A stretch of 64,000 nucleotides of DNA from a virus (taxonomy: Duplodnaviria; Caudoviricetes): positions 1-64,000 of IMG/VR virus record IMGVR_UViG_3300014732_000001. One strand, written 5' to 3'. The notes under the pieces were generated by a model that saw nothing but the letters and a program-made list of their open reading frames with translations, was not told the origin of the DNA and did no database searches. A program made the translations under genes and the position numbers. Positions 36,750 to 46,010 of the stretch are shown one piece after another. Positions within the stretch are counted from its first letter, which is position 1. Each line of letters begins with the position of its first letter.

Positions 36750-37090
36750 TTATGGAATATTAGATCATGAAAAAGCCACTATCTTTCCGCCAACGTCTAA
36801 TGCTTTCTGTAAACAAAGCGGCTACAATGGAAACACAGACAAGCTTTCCTTATGGGATGGCAGCATATGTAAAGGCTGCTGCAATTACACAAAACAAGCG
36901 CCTTTCTTACGATTGGCGGTAGTCAGGTAAACTGACCGGTAAACTGACAAAGGAGAATTAACATGGGCTTTCTAATGCTTGGGTGGGCTGTTATGCAACA
37001 TCCTGTATTGGCTTTGGTTCCTTTGCTTCTTGTAGCTTGGAGCCTTGCTGTAATCGAAACACAAAACGAAGAATATGGGATTGTTTGATA

Positions 37091-37279
37091 ATGATTCTCT
37101 ATGCTCTTGTGGTGAGTGTATGCCTGTCTAATGGGCAATGCCACGAACTCAGTCCCGAGATTTATGAAGATATGACAGCTTGCATTATTGAAGCTTCACA
37201 CCAACGAGCACAAGGAATGCACAGTTATTGCGATGAAATGAAAGAGGAATCATTAGAAGAAGCTATCGCAAAGCATTGA
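37091..37279 (+). CDS. YebW/DUF1482-like small Cys-containing protein
   Basis: 'MILYALVVSVCLSNGQC...IYEDMTAC' resembles 'ALV..VC...G.C...Y.....C'. Confidence 0.5.
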   Translation: MILYALVVSVCLSNGQCHELSPEIYEDMTACIIEASHQRAQGMHSYCDEMKEESLEEAIAKH

Positions 37280-37517
37280 AGCTATAGGAACAATCAATTT
37301 GTAAAGGTTTTAGATTTCAGTATACTGAGCACAACAGAAACAAACACGGAGCAACACGAAATGACCTATCAAGAAGCTTGCAAAGCAGCTAAAGCAAATA
37401 AAGGCATCTTTTACACATACGATGCAGGAAATGACAAGATTGGCGGAGTCTACTGGTGCAATCAACGTGCTCGACTCATCAAACAATGGTCTAATGATGG
37501 CAAGGTGTGGTACTGAT

Positions 37518-37712
37518 ATGGACAGGACGCTTTGCCATCACTGGAACCCCGTAGAATCTTGTGCTAAGTGTGAACAGGAGCCGACGATTTTTGAAGACTT
37601 GTTAGAACTTCTAGAGCAATATGGGTGGACCAGCTACGAACAGACGTCAAAAGAGCTAATCGGTGAGCTGGAGCAAAGAATCTTAGACAGAAACAAGAAT
37701 CGAGGCGGGTAG
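37518..37712 (+). CDS. Hypothetical early protein
   Basis: Start refined to MDRTLCHH. Confidence 0.55.
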   Translation: MDRTLCHHWNPVESCAKCEQEPTIFEDLLELLEQYGWTSYEQTSKELIGELEQRILDRNKNRGG

Positions 37713-37930
37713 TTATGAAAGAGTCTAGGTGGTATAAGATCGAAAACGGTCAAGCATTCATTTTTGATAGTGGTTATGAGAACATGAGTGAAACTGTGAG
37801 CATTGTTCACGTTAGTGATTTGTCATACTACAGACAAAATTTTAAACTCCGTAAGTCATGGGGAATTTATCAGAAAGGGTGAGACGATTAAACGATATTA
37901 AAAGTGTATCAATAAATCAGAAAACTTGTC

Positions 37931-37966
37931 AAAACTACCCAGCACAATCTGGGTAGTTTTGTTTTT
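37931..37966 (+). terminator. Intrinsic terminator upstream of HNH gene
   Basis: AAAACTACCCAG-N6-CTGGGTAGTTTT plus T tract. Confidence 0.75.
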
Positions 37967-37995
37967 ATTGATTGAAATTATATAAGGAGAGTATT

Positions 37996-38556
37996 ATGGA
38001 GATAATATCAAGAAAAGAAGCAAAATCTAGAGGTCTTTCTCTTTATTATACGGGAGAGACTTGTAAGCACGGTCACATAGATCAGAGAAGAGTCGATAGC
38101 TGCGCATGCTTAACGTGCCTCAAGTTGAAGAGGGAGGAATACTTTCCTCAGTACTATGAGGACAACAAAGAAAAGTTACAACAAGCGAACCGAGACCGCT
38201 ACAGAGAAAATTCAGAATACCATCATAATTATAGGAAAGACAACATGGAGAGGTATAAAGAGTATCGGAGAGCATACGCTAAAGAAAACCCGGACATTTT
38301 TCGGGCGGCAAATCATAAAAGAAGAGCACTGATAAAACAGGCCGAAGGGAGTTTCACGAAAGCGGACATAGATAGAATGAAAGAAATACAAAACAACCTT
38401 TGTAATATGTGTTCAATTGATTTATTGACAACAGGGTATCATATAGACCACATCGTACCACTAAGTCGTTGCGGTAATAACTGGCCCGAGAATTTGCAAT
38501 TATTGTGCCCTACTTGCAATTTACGTAAAGGTACAAAGCTACCAGAAGAGCTATAG
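37996..38556 (+). CDS. HNH endonuclease
   Basis: 'SRKEAK..GL..Y.TG..CKHGH' N-terminus; 'CNMC...YHIDHIVPLS.CG.N...NLQLLCPTCN..KG'. Confidence 0.88.
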   Translation: MEIISRKEAKSRGLSLYYTGETCKHGHIDQRRVDSCACLTCLKLKREEYFPQYYEDNKEKLQQANRDRYRENSEYHHNYRKDNMERYKEYRRAYAKENPDIFRAANHKRRALIKQAEGSFTKADIDRMKEIQNNLCNMCSIDLLTTGYHIDHIVPLSRCGNNWPENLQLLCPTCNLRKGTKLPEEL

Positions 38557-38661
38557 ATAAAATCTATTAAAATTGGGTTTAAAAAAGAAACAATCAATTA
38601 GCCATCAAAGCTGTATGTTGTAGAATGAACACAACAAACAGCAAAAACCGAGGGTTTAAAC

Positions 38662-38856
38662 ATGCTTACTTCAGAACAAATGCTCAGCGTGAATAAGTGG
38701 TGGTTACTTGAATACCGAGACTTCGCAGGGGTGTGGGTTGTCTTTGACAGGGAAGGGGATGTTCTCCGGCTTGTTGAGGCAAACTCAGAATATCCTGACA
38801 ACACGTGGGCTTATGTAGATGATGAAAAACTGTCCGTTTATCAAATAAAAGCTTGA
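38662..38856 (+). CDS. Hypothetical early protein
   Basis: 64 aa. Confidence 0.65.
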   Translation: MLTSEQMLSVNKWWLLEYRDFAGVWVVFDREGDVLRLVEANSEYPDNTWAYVDDEKLSVYQIKA

Positions 38857-38880
38857 CTACCTAATTCGATCTGATAGAAT
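38853..38880 (+). promoter_or_regulatory. Sigma70 early promoter
   Basis: TTGACT-N16-TAGAAT. Confidence 0.68.
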
Positions 38881-38932
38881 GAACACAACAGAGAAGGCAT
38901 AGGGTCTTCTAGCTAGAACAGGAATCGCAGAC

Positions 38933-39172
38933 ATGACCACTAAATCCTACAACGGCCACAAGAACCACGCTCAATGGAATCAATCGCTTTGGCTTAACAA
39001 CGATTACGGCCTGTATCAGATGATGCTGGAGCATGTAAATAATTGCTCCGGCACAAAGGACAAAGCCGCCCAGAATGTTCTTGACGAGTTGCACAGCATG
39101 GATATCACTCACACGCCCGATGGCGTGAAGTGGTCCAAGGCCGGAATCCGTGCTGCAATGGTTGGGCTGTGA
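38933..39172 (+). CDS. Conserved-type phage early protein
   Basis: 'SYNGHKN..QWN.SLWLNND.GLY'. Confidence 0.72.
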   Translation: MTTKSYNGHKNHAQWNQSLWLNNDYGLYQMMLEHVNNCSGTKDKAAQNVLDELHSMDITHTPDGVKWSKAGIRAAMVGL

Positions 39173-39173
39173 T

Positions 39174-39407
39174 ATGAACAATTTTACGAAATTCTATGAC
39201 CCAGAAAACCAAACACACGAAGAAAACACGAACAGGCTTTACTCTACTTATTTAGAACTCTACCCTTGGCACGGGACAGAGGAGGCTAAGTCTTATGATT
39301 ACCCGAGCTTTCACGATGCTGTTTCAGAGTGGGCTGACGATGACTTCTACATTCAGCACTTAACAGCAAAAGTTTTTCTAGATATGGAGCGGTGGGTGAA
39401 TGACTAA
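39174..39407 (+). CDS. Hypothetical early protein
   Basis: Start refined to MNNFTK. Confidence 0.65.
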   Translation: MNNFTKFYDPENQTHEENTNRLYSTYLELYPWHGTEEAKSYDYPSFHDAVSEWADDDFYIQHLTAKVFLDMERWVND

Positions 39408-39555
39408 CTGGACCCCCAACAGCACACAAATGGCAGCTATGGAAGCTTTCGCAAGCTGTCTAGGCTTCCTGATGGGGCTTGCTGGTGGACTCACAGCCCT
39501 TACAGTCTTCTGCATGATCCTTGGAAAAATAAGTGAAATTCTTTTGAAATAGGGG

Positions 39556-39584
39556 TTGACGTGCTGGTCTAGCGGGTCTAAGAT
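39556..39584 (+). promoter_or_regulatory. Sigma70 early promoter
   Basis: TTGACG-N17-TAAGAT. Confidence 0.72.
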
Positions 39585-39631
39585 TACACACAACAGCAAA
39601 TGAAAAGCCCCTTGGGGCTAAGGAAGACACC

Positions 39632-39844
39632 ATGAAAGCCATGTTCGATAGCGTCCAAGACCTCGCCAAGTTCTACAATGCCCGCGCTGGTGTAGAGTGG
39701 ACCTCCGATCCCTATGAATGGATTGGAAGCATCTGTGTAGACTTCAAGCTAGACATCCTCACAGCCGAAGAAGTAGAAGAAAAGATTCGCAAAGCAGGCG
39801 GCGTGATGGTGTTCGACTATGACGAGCACGGAAATCAGATTTAA
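39632..39844 (+). CDS. Hypothetical early protein
   Basis: 70 aa, followed by terminator at 39856-39884. Confidence 0.7.
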   Translation: MKAMFDSVQDLAKFYNARAGVEWTSDPYEWIGSICVDFKLDILTAEEVEEKIRKAGGVMVFDYDEHGNQI

Positions 39845-40040
39845 CAAATAACAAAAAGCCCTGCTGGTTGGTGGGGCTTTCTTATTGGGTGGATTATAAG
39901 ATGGTCGTTTATCTTCTATTTGTTCGCGGTACGCTTTACGGGGTGTTTAAGACAGCCGATGCTGCATACGAATATGTTGGCAACATGGAAGACGAAGAAG
40001 ACAAGCGAGATGCATGGATCGTACCCGAGGGTGTCAGGGG

Positions 40041-40247
40041 ATGACATGGCAGAAAACAAACCTCCACACATGGACACACGGTCGAGGTTGGAAGATTAGC
40101 AGACACTGGACGTTGACAAAGCCGAAGATTGTCTACTTCCTTACCTACGCCTCACAGGACGACTACTGGCAAGGAATCAACATGGGCAGCTTTAGCAGCC
40201 TAAAGGAAGCTAAAAATTCTTTTGAAAATCTTCTAGAAAAGGCTTGA
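40041..40247 (+). CDS. Hypothetical early protein
   Basis: Start refined to MTWQKT. Confidence 0.6.
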   Translation: MTWQKTNLHTWTHGRGWKISRHWTLTKPKIVYFLTYASQDDYWQGINMGSFSSLKEAKNSFENLLEKA

Positions 40248-40369
40248 CTACAGGCCGCCAAACCCATACACTGACCACAAGCCAGCACAGGATGCAAGCT
40301 TTTTCTTTCTAAAATTTCTCAATTTATTTTCACTTTCCCTGTTGACTCCCTTTCTCAAAATGCTAATAT
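40244..40369 (+). promoter_or_regulatory. Tandem sigma70 promoters
   Basis: TTGACT-N17-TACACT (40244) and TTGACT-N16-TAATAT (40342). Confidence 0.65.
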
Positions 40370-40423
40370 ATCTCCAACGAAGCGAAACAAGCTTCCAACC
40401 AAAGACAGACAGGAATCAGAGCC

Positions 40424-40783
40424 ATGAAAACTACCAGTCAATTCACCATCAACGGCTCCACTCAAATCGTTAAGCTGACTGAGAAAGCTAAAGGGATTAA
40501 AGCTTTCAGCATCAAGGGTAATCGTTGGTTCCAGAAGTCCTATGGTAACACCTATCACGTCGCCTACATCGGTGCAATGATTAACGGCAAGTGGGTGGAG
40601 CTAGGAGCTACTGATATGCAATACGGCTACGGCGACCACTTCCTTGTAAGCGCTGGAGCTTGGCTCATCGAGAACGGCTTTGTAGAGTGTGAAAACGAGT
40701 ATTTCCTTTCCGACTACAACGTCCGGGAAGACTTTGCAATCGAGTATTATTCTCAGGATGTCACCCGCAAGCGTGACCTGTAA
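40424..40783 (+). CDS. Hypothetical early protein
   Basis: 119 aa. Confidence 0.72.
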   Translation: MKTTSQFTINGSTQIVKLTEKAKGIKAFSIKGNRWFQKSYGNTYHVAYIGAMINGKWVELGATDMQYGYGDHFLVSAGAWLIENGFVECENEYFLSDYNVREDFAIEYYSQDVTRKRDL

Positions 40784-40800
40784 CAGCAAATAATCTCCTA

Positions 40801-40836
40801 AAAGCCCTTGACAGCATACGTTGAGGGCTTTATTAT
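40801..40836 (+). promoter_or_regulatory. Overlapping terminator and sigma70 promoter
   Basis: AAAGCCC/GGGCTTT stem enclosing TTGACA (40808), then N17-TATTAT. Confidence 0.7.
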
Positions 40837-40866
40837 TTGCACATCAACCAAGCAACGGATCACATC

Positions 40867-41106
40867 ATGTACACAACAGAACACTACGTCGCCCTGGTGA
40901 CCAATCTTTCTAACGAACGTCAGCGCCTTGAGCAGTCAGCATCAGAATCCGAATATGCTTTGCGTTCTGTATGGGTGAAGCAACTGGAAAGAGAAGTAGA
41001 AGCCGAAGTGGAGTTTCTGTCTAGCAAAGGTGTGAACGTCTACGCTGAAACGACTGAAGTAGACAGCATGTCGGACGATGACCTTCTAAACGAACTGATG
41101 AGCTAA
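40867..41106 (+). CDS. Hypothetical early protein
   Basis: Start refined to MYTTEH. Confidence 0.68.
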   Translation: MYTTEHYVALVTNLSNERQRLEQSASESEYALRSVWVKQLEREVEAEVEFLSSKGVNVYAETTEVDSMSDDDLLNELMS

Positions 41107-41460
41107 GAGCATGAACGTTAACGAACTGGCAGTGAACAAGCGTACAGCTCTTCGCATGTTCTGGGATGCTGGACACACAACAGAGCAGCAATTGATTGCA
41201 GCCAGTAATAAGCTGGAGAGCATGAAACAACCATCTAAAGGCTATTGGTATGCGTCTGACGTTTCTAGAGCTATCGGAAAAGTATAAGGAACGCTATCAG
41301 GCAATTAGACGTAATAGAAACAATACATCACACACAAGAAAGGATAAGGAAACACAATGTCCATCGAATCCCTGGCTATGCAAGCATTAGCCATCGTCGC
41401 AAGCATTCTCCTGGCTTGCTCAGTCATCGAAAATAAATTCAAAAAGAATGCAAAAGATGG

Positions 41461-41489
41461 TTGACGTGCCAGGAAGAAACCACTAATCT
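41461..41489 (+). promoter_or_regulatory. Sigma70 early promoter
   Basis: TTGACG-N17-TAATCT. Confidence 0.68.
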
Positions 41490-41553
41490 ACACACATCGG
41501 AGGCAATCAAGCCCCACCTGAGCAGACCAGGGCACAGTCTGAAGGAGCTTCAC

Positions 41554-41772
41554 ATGAAACAATTCAACCTCACTTCTGTTTCCGATGCTGCTATCCGTGC
41601 TGCCGTGGCACAGGCTAAAGCCCATCACAAAGCCACGGCAGCACGTCCAGGTGATGAAGGCAGGTCTGTGCTACTTCGTACAGAAAGAGAATCGCTTGCA
41701 TGGCATGTCTCTCGGAGACGCCATAAAGGCCACCTTCGCATAAGAGCGAAGGAAACAACAAAGCCCCAATGA
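41554..41772 (+). CDS. Small basic early protein
   Basis: MKQFNL start, AAGGAG RBS. Confidence 0.65.
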   Translation: MKQFNLTSVSDAAIRAAVAQAKAHHKATAARPGDEGRSVLLRTERESLAWHVSRRRHKGHLRIRAKETTKPQ

Positions 41773-41809
41773 AGGGGCTTTTCTTTGCCCAGGTTTTGAC
41801 AAAAGTTGC

Positions 41810-41838
41810 TTGACGTGATGTTGGGATGCGCTTAGAAT
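41810..41838 (+). promoter_or_regulatory. Sigma70 early promoter
   Basis: TTGACG-N17-TAGAAT, just after terminator 41760-41786. Confidence 0.75.
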
Positions 41839-41881
41839 GAACCCATCAAGAGCAGAAACACCAACCAAAGGAAACACAGTA

Positions 41882-42088
41882 ATGAAAAAGCTTTTCGTAT
41901 CTATCGTCGGAACACGTGACTGGCAGACCAAGCACAAGTCTTTTGACACAATCTCTGACTTCGAAGACTATTGCGAATTGTACAACCCCAACAAGAAAGC
42001 TTTGATTGAGAACTATGGAACGCTTAAAGAGCTTTGCGAAGGTATGTCGGACGGCCTTGTGACTTTTCACTATGCTTGGCAAAAGTAA
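41882..42088 (+). CDS. Hypothetical early protein
   Basis: MKKLFV start, AAGGA RBS. Confidence 0.65.
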   Translation: MKKLFVSIVGTRDWQTKHKSFDTISDFEDYCELYNPNKKALIENYGTLKELCEGMSDGLVTFHYAWQK

Positions 42089-42095
42089 TATTAAT

Positions 42096-42120
42096 AAGCC
42101 CCCTTCACAAGGGGCTTTCT
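42096..42120 (+). terminator. Terminator ending the plus-strand early block
   Basis: AAGCCCC/GGGGCTT stem followed by T-rich tail. Confidence 0.78.
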
Positions 42121-43003
42121 CTTATCTATCACATAAACATCTAAAAACCTTCATACACTCGCCTCTAAACCCCAATACACTCTCCTTAATCCATCCTCTA
42201 ACCCCTTCCTACCATCACCAGGTACCACCTACTACTATCCCCTACACTGACCATTCATGCGATAGCATGAGAAAACACACAAGCCAGCGCCTACGCTGTC
42301 TGTAAGCACCTCTCTAACACACTTCCCCCTTCAAAATATCATTCTAAATATCCCCTCTAATACACTTGGAGTGAATGCGAGACATCGAATGATGTTAAGC
42401 ATGAACGATTCCAAATAGCCACCTCTAGCACGTCAGTGCCCCTATATCCATCCCTTAACGTCAGTTAAAAACTGTCTCCTACTCGATAGCGTCAGCTATC
42501 CCTGGTAAATATCATTCCAATTGGAACAATTGAATTATTAATATTCCCTATGGTGAGTTGAGAAAGTCATTTAACAAAAATCGGATTATGCGAAGTCACC
42601 TTTACATACACCATTTTCAATAGTTCTAAACTATGGATGTTCTTTAGTAAAGAGTATGTCAATGTGAGGCTATACAGCGGTATAGTGAGAGTCTATTAGA
42701 TATTTCTGGAATATAGATTTAGTTTATGGTAGGGTGGGTAGCAGTGTTAAACCCCTCAGACATAGAGCTGGGATTTATTGAAAAGGTTTGACTTGATGTG
42801 GGGATATTTTCTACAGACAAAGAAAAGGGACTGCCCTAAAAAGAGCAGTCCCAAAAATAGAGGGGGTTGGTGTTCTCAGATATGTTTCCAATTATCTTCT
42901 GCTTCATTCACCTTAAATACTTACTATATTATGTAGGCCCATCTGCTCTACACCGAAATACAAGGGATACAGAGCATCGGATGGACATTTGATGTCCCAT
43001 CAG
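42121..43003. other. Non-coding convergence zone with strand-skew flip and mini-hairpins
   Basis: No credible ORF; C/A-rich left part, G-rich right part; three c(GTCA)g hairpins at 42428-42500. Confidence 0.65.
42821..42857 (-). terminator. Bidirectional-looking terminator
   Basis: GGGACTGC-N10-GCAGTCCC flanked by A tracts. Confidence 0.7.
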
Positions 43004-43621
43004 CTATGTAAACAAGTCTGGACCATATTCGTAGCTGTTAGCAATAGCAGCCATGAATGCACTATATCTACCTTTCCAGAACAACTTGGGATGAACCTTT
43101 ATCAAGTGAGACCAACCGTCTTCATCCTCAAACTTTGTAGTTAGCTCAATCATCAACCCTTTACTCAATAAAGACAGGTACACCCTTCGTGTTTGCTTGT
43201 CCCCTGTATTCATTCCTTTCTTTATCTGTAGCCAAGATATCACACTGTAATTCCACACCACCACATTGTCGCATACAAGCTTTAACATCTTACTTTCTGT
43301 TATGGTGCAAGAGTCCAGCAGCATGAAGTCTAGGAGGTATCCGTTGTCTCCTCTGCCGGTTCGTGAGCTGTCCGAACACAGAGACTTAAGTTCCTTTATG
43401 TTTGTAGCTGTGTCCGGTGTAGGCTTTGGGAAAAACAGCCCCTTCTCGTAGTATTTTCTGACCACTTCGTTAGTCCGATATTCGTTTAGCCAGAAGTCAC
43501 AATAGTCTAAGACTGACAGGGATTGTAATATTTCCCCTGTATGCTTGTTAACGACAAAAACCCGCTCACCATCTCTGATGAACAGGTTGTCATATTTCGG
43601 TATGTCATCTACTCTATACAT
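43004..43621 (-). CDS. RepL-like HTH protein (putative replication protein)
   Basis: Start refined to MYRVDD; HTH followed by 'HLIKVHPKLFWKG', like the RepL Y.VNP..F.KG tail. Confidence 0.5.
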   Translation of the reverse strand: MYRVDDIPKYDNLFIRDGERVFVVNKHTGEILQSLSVLDYCDFWLNEYRTNEVVRKYYEKGLFFPKPTPDTATNIKELKSLCSDSSRTGRGDNGYLLDFMLLDSCTITESKMLKLVCDNVVVWNYSVISWLQIKKGMNTGDKQTRRVYLSLLSKGLMIELTTKFEDEDGWSHLIKVHPKLFWKGRYSAFMAAIANSYEYGPDLFT

Positions 43622-43622
43622 G

Positions 43623-43802
43623 TCAACTTTCCATGCTCCTAATAAGCTCTTGTATTCGCTTCCACTCCTTACCTGACTCCTCGTATTCCTTATATCGTCG
43701 CTGGTGTCCAGAATCACATCTGGAACAGCTTACATAGTAATTTCCATTTACCTCGTAGCTAACAGGCTTCCCGCCACAGCTACCACAATCGTCTAATTTC
43801 AT
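43623..43802 (-). CDS. Lar-like (restriction alleviation) Zn-finger protein
   Basis: 59 aa MKLDDCGSCGGKP...YYVSCSRCD...KEWKR: CxxC/CxxC and W spacing of the Lar family; not in track. Confidence 0.55.
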   Translation of the reverse strand: MKLDDCGSCGGKPVSYEVNGNYYVSCSRCDSGHQRRYKEYEESGKEWKRIQELIRSMES

Positions 43803-43993
43803 CTACACCCTCCTTCTCGATATTTCTGTGGAAACAAACACTTCTTCCCATACGCCTTACAACAGTCACAAATGTAGGAGTCTTCCACTCCTAGTTGCTC
43901 GTAGAAATAGAATGTTCCTCGTGCTAACTCTTGCCCCATCCACTCTTCTGCATATTCAGGGTCAGTCAAGAGCTTACATTCGTCGTCTTTCAT
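43799..43993 (-). CDS. Hypothetical Cys-containing protein
   Basis: 64 aa. Confidence 0.6.
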   Translation of the reverse strand: MKDDECKLLTDPEYAEEWMGQELARGTFYFYEQLGVEDSYICDCCKAYGKKCLFPQKYREGGCR

Positions 43994-44183
43994 TTTCTCA
44001 TCTCCTTGAATTGTCGGAACGCTTCAGAGAACACCCCTTGTAGTTGATATTCTGGGTCACTATCTAGTTGCTGCATCTGATATTTCACCCACTGTCTGGA
44101 GTGCTCTAAGACTTGCTTATGTGTTTTTTCTAGTTGGTTTATGTATTCATTATCTCCCAAACTCTATCCTCCTCCAATAAAAG

Positions 44184-44203
44184 AAGCCCCTTAATTGGGG
44201 CTT
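44184..44203. terminator. Terminator after nucleotidyltransferase
   Basis: AAGCCCC-TTAATT-GGGGCTT. Confidence 0.7.
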
Positions 44204-44207
44204 TGTT

Positions 44208-44825
44208 TCAGTCAACGTACAAGGTATCGTTCTCAGGATCATATGATCCACCCATCTGTGCAATGCGTGCTACAATCTCTTTAATCACATGTCCTGTGTA
44301 ATATCCCTTGTTACGATATTTGTAGATGCGATTTAGTGTGCTGGATGGATATTCCAGATTCACCAAAGATAGTTGTTTCTTACGGACATCCTTGATGGCT
44401 CGATGATCTGTGTACACTTCAAACTGGGTTTCATCGTCATTCCAAAGCATAGCAAAATATGTAGCTGAGAAATCAAAGCTATTAATCAAATCTGCGACAT
44501 CTGAATAACGGCGTTTACAAATGATTTGCACTTTCACACATTCTTCTGGTTTCTTGAAATCTTCTCCTTTCATGTATGTGAATAGGTGCCCAAGAGGACA
44601 AGCAAAGACAAGACCAAATCCTTGACCTACAAAGTGTTCAGAGATAGATGTAAGGTCAGCCTTGTGTGTCAGGAAAAGATCGTAATCAGAAATCTCTGTA
44701 CCAAACAGACTGTCTCGTACAGCCCCGCCAGCCAAGATAAGACCATCAAAGGAAAGCAGAGCATCCTCCACGTCAGAATCAATAGCAGAGAATCGAGAGT
44801 CTTTCAGGTTTGTCAGTTTAAGCAT
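44208..44825 (-). CDS. Nucleotidyltransferase (CCA/poly(A) polymerase head-like), paralog 2
   Basis: 'ILAGGAVRDSLFG..ISDYDLF', 'SFDFS'; own promoter TTGACA-N17-TATCAT at 44855-44883. Confidence 0.82.
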   Translation of the reverse strand: MLKLTNLKDSRFSAIDSDVEDALLSFDGLILAGGAVRDSLFGTEISDYDLFLTHKADLTSISEHFVGQGFGLVFACPLGHLFTYMKGEDFKKPEECVKVQIICKRRYSDVADLINSFDFSATYFAMLWNDDETQFEVYTDHRAIKDVRKKQLSLVNLEYPSSTLNRIYKYRNKGYYTGHVIKEIVARIAQMGGSYDPENDTLYVD

Positions 44826-44879
44826 TTGTGTTCCTCCTTGTTTGTGATGTGTCGATGATAGGCTCCTTCGAACCCTGTG

Positions 44880-45071
44880 TCAACTACTTTTGTCTTTAGT
44901 CATCAAATGAAACAACACCAAGCAAGATGACACCACTGTCCCAAGGATAATCACTGCTGGGTGCATTATCAGGAATACAACAGCTATCAGCATTCCAAAT
45001 CCTGCAAGGCACACAAACAGAGTAAACCCCATCAGTAGCAAAACTGCAATACCAATAAGCCTTTTAATCAC
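44880..45071 (-). CDS. Small membrane protein
   Basis: Two hydrophobic helices. Confidence 0.62.
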   Translation of the reverse strand: MIKRLIGIAVLLLMGFTLFVCLAGFGMLIAVVFLIMHPAVIILGTVVSSCLVLFHLMTKDKSS

Positions 45072-45283
45072 ATGAAATCCCTCAACTCAAAGTACGCATC
45101 CCTAAGCTCTTCTTCTGTGTAAGGCTCCCACCACTTATCCCTCCACGCCCAAAAAGTCACTAGCCCATATTCCTCACACCACCTCCCATTCTTCCGATAC
45201 AGTGGATGCTCGTCCGTATTCCAAGGTTCACCAAGACCCTGAACCATGTTTGCTAAATCAACTTTAGTAATTTCTAGTTTCAC
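45068..45283 (-). CDS. Hypothetical protein
   Basis: 71 aa. Confidence 0.65.
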   Translation of the reverse strand: MKLEITKVDLANMVQGLGEPWNTDEHPLYRKNGRWCEEYGLVTFWAWRDKWWEPYTEEELRDAYFELRDFM

Positions 45284-46010
45284 TGGTACTTACCTCCATC
45301 TTCTTCAGTTGCTCTTGGAGAGTGTTCATCTGCTTTTCAAGATACCCTTTCACCCTATCAACAGCTTCTTGCTTATTTAAATGAACCTTGTGGTATGTAA
45401 ATCCAGTGTAAAGCTCCCCTTGATTATTGATACGAAGATTGAGGTCTTCAGCTCCATCTATTTCCAAATCAGCCTGATAATACAAAGTATTTTTATCATC
45501 GTATGAAAGGAAATACTCCAGATTTTTAACCTTTCCTGCGTACACACCAACTTCTAAGTGGTTGTTTTGTGTCACTGAAACGTAAACAGTTTGTCCCTCA
45601 TCAAGCTTCGGTGCTGCCAGTTTGTAGTCATCTCGGCTCAATGCTTGTGGTTTAAGTTGATAGAGGCGTTCTGTTTCTGCATTCAGCCGAGTAGCTGCCT
45701 TTGCATGTGTTTGTTTTATAATAGAGTTGAGTTCCCACCCGTTCTTGAACACAAAATACCAAGCTTTAGTGTACCAAGGTCTTTCTGAAAGGGTTCTAAC
45801 AATCCCGTCTACTCGTTTAACCTCCTTTCGATAATCTTCTTGGGCTTTTTCTAGGAGTGCGTGCAGGGCTTGCTTAGGTGTTTCATAGTATGTGGCGTCA
45901 ATGTGGTAACGGTTATCTGCTCCAACGAATACTTCAGTTATTCCTGTGTAGCTGGCCACCCAACCCACTCCAAACATTTCTTTCATCTCTTCAAATGTAT
46001 ATGCTTTCAC
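45264..46010 (-). CDS. Hypothetical protein
   Basis: 248 aa. Confidence 0.75.
   Translation of the reverse strand: MKAYTFEEMKEMFGVGWVASYTGITEVFVGADNRYHIDATYYETPKQALHALLEKAQEDYRKEVKRVDGIVRTLSERPWYTKAWYFVFKNGWELNSIIKQTHAKAATRLNAETERLYQLKPQALSRDDYKLAAPKLDEGQTVYVSVTQNNHLEVGVYAGKVKNLEYFLSYDDKNTLYYQADLEIDGAEDLNLRINNQGELYTGFTYHKVHLNKQEAVDRVKGYLEKQMNTLQEQLKKMEVSTSETRNY

Noticed and set aside
42072-42305. 77-aa ORF in the C/A-rich zone
   Set aside because: It crosses a terminator, has no RBS, and its Pro/His/Ser richness reflects base skew.
43622-43717. Track start of the RepL-like gene at 43717
   Set aside because: It overlaps a better Lar-like ORF in another frame; AGGAG-linked ATG 43621 is preferred.
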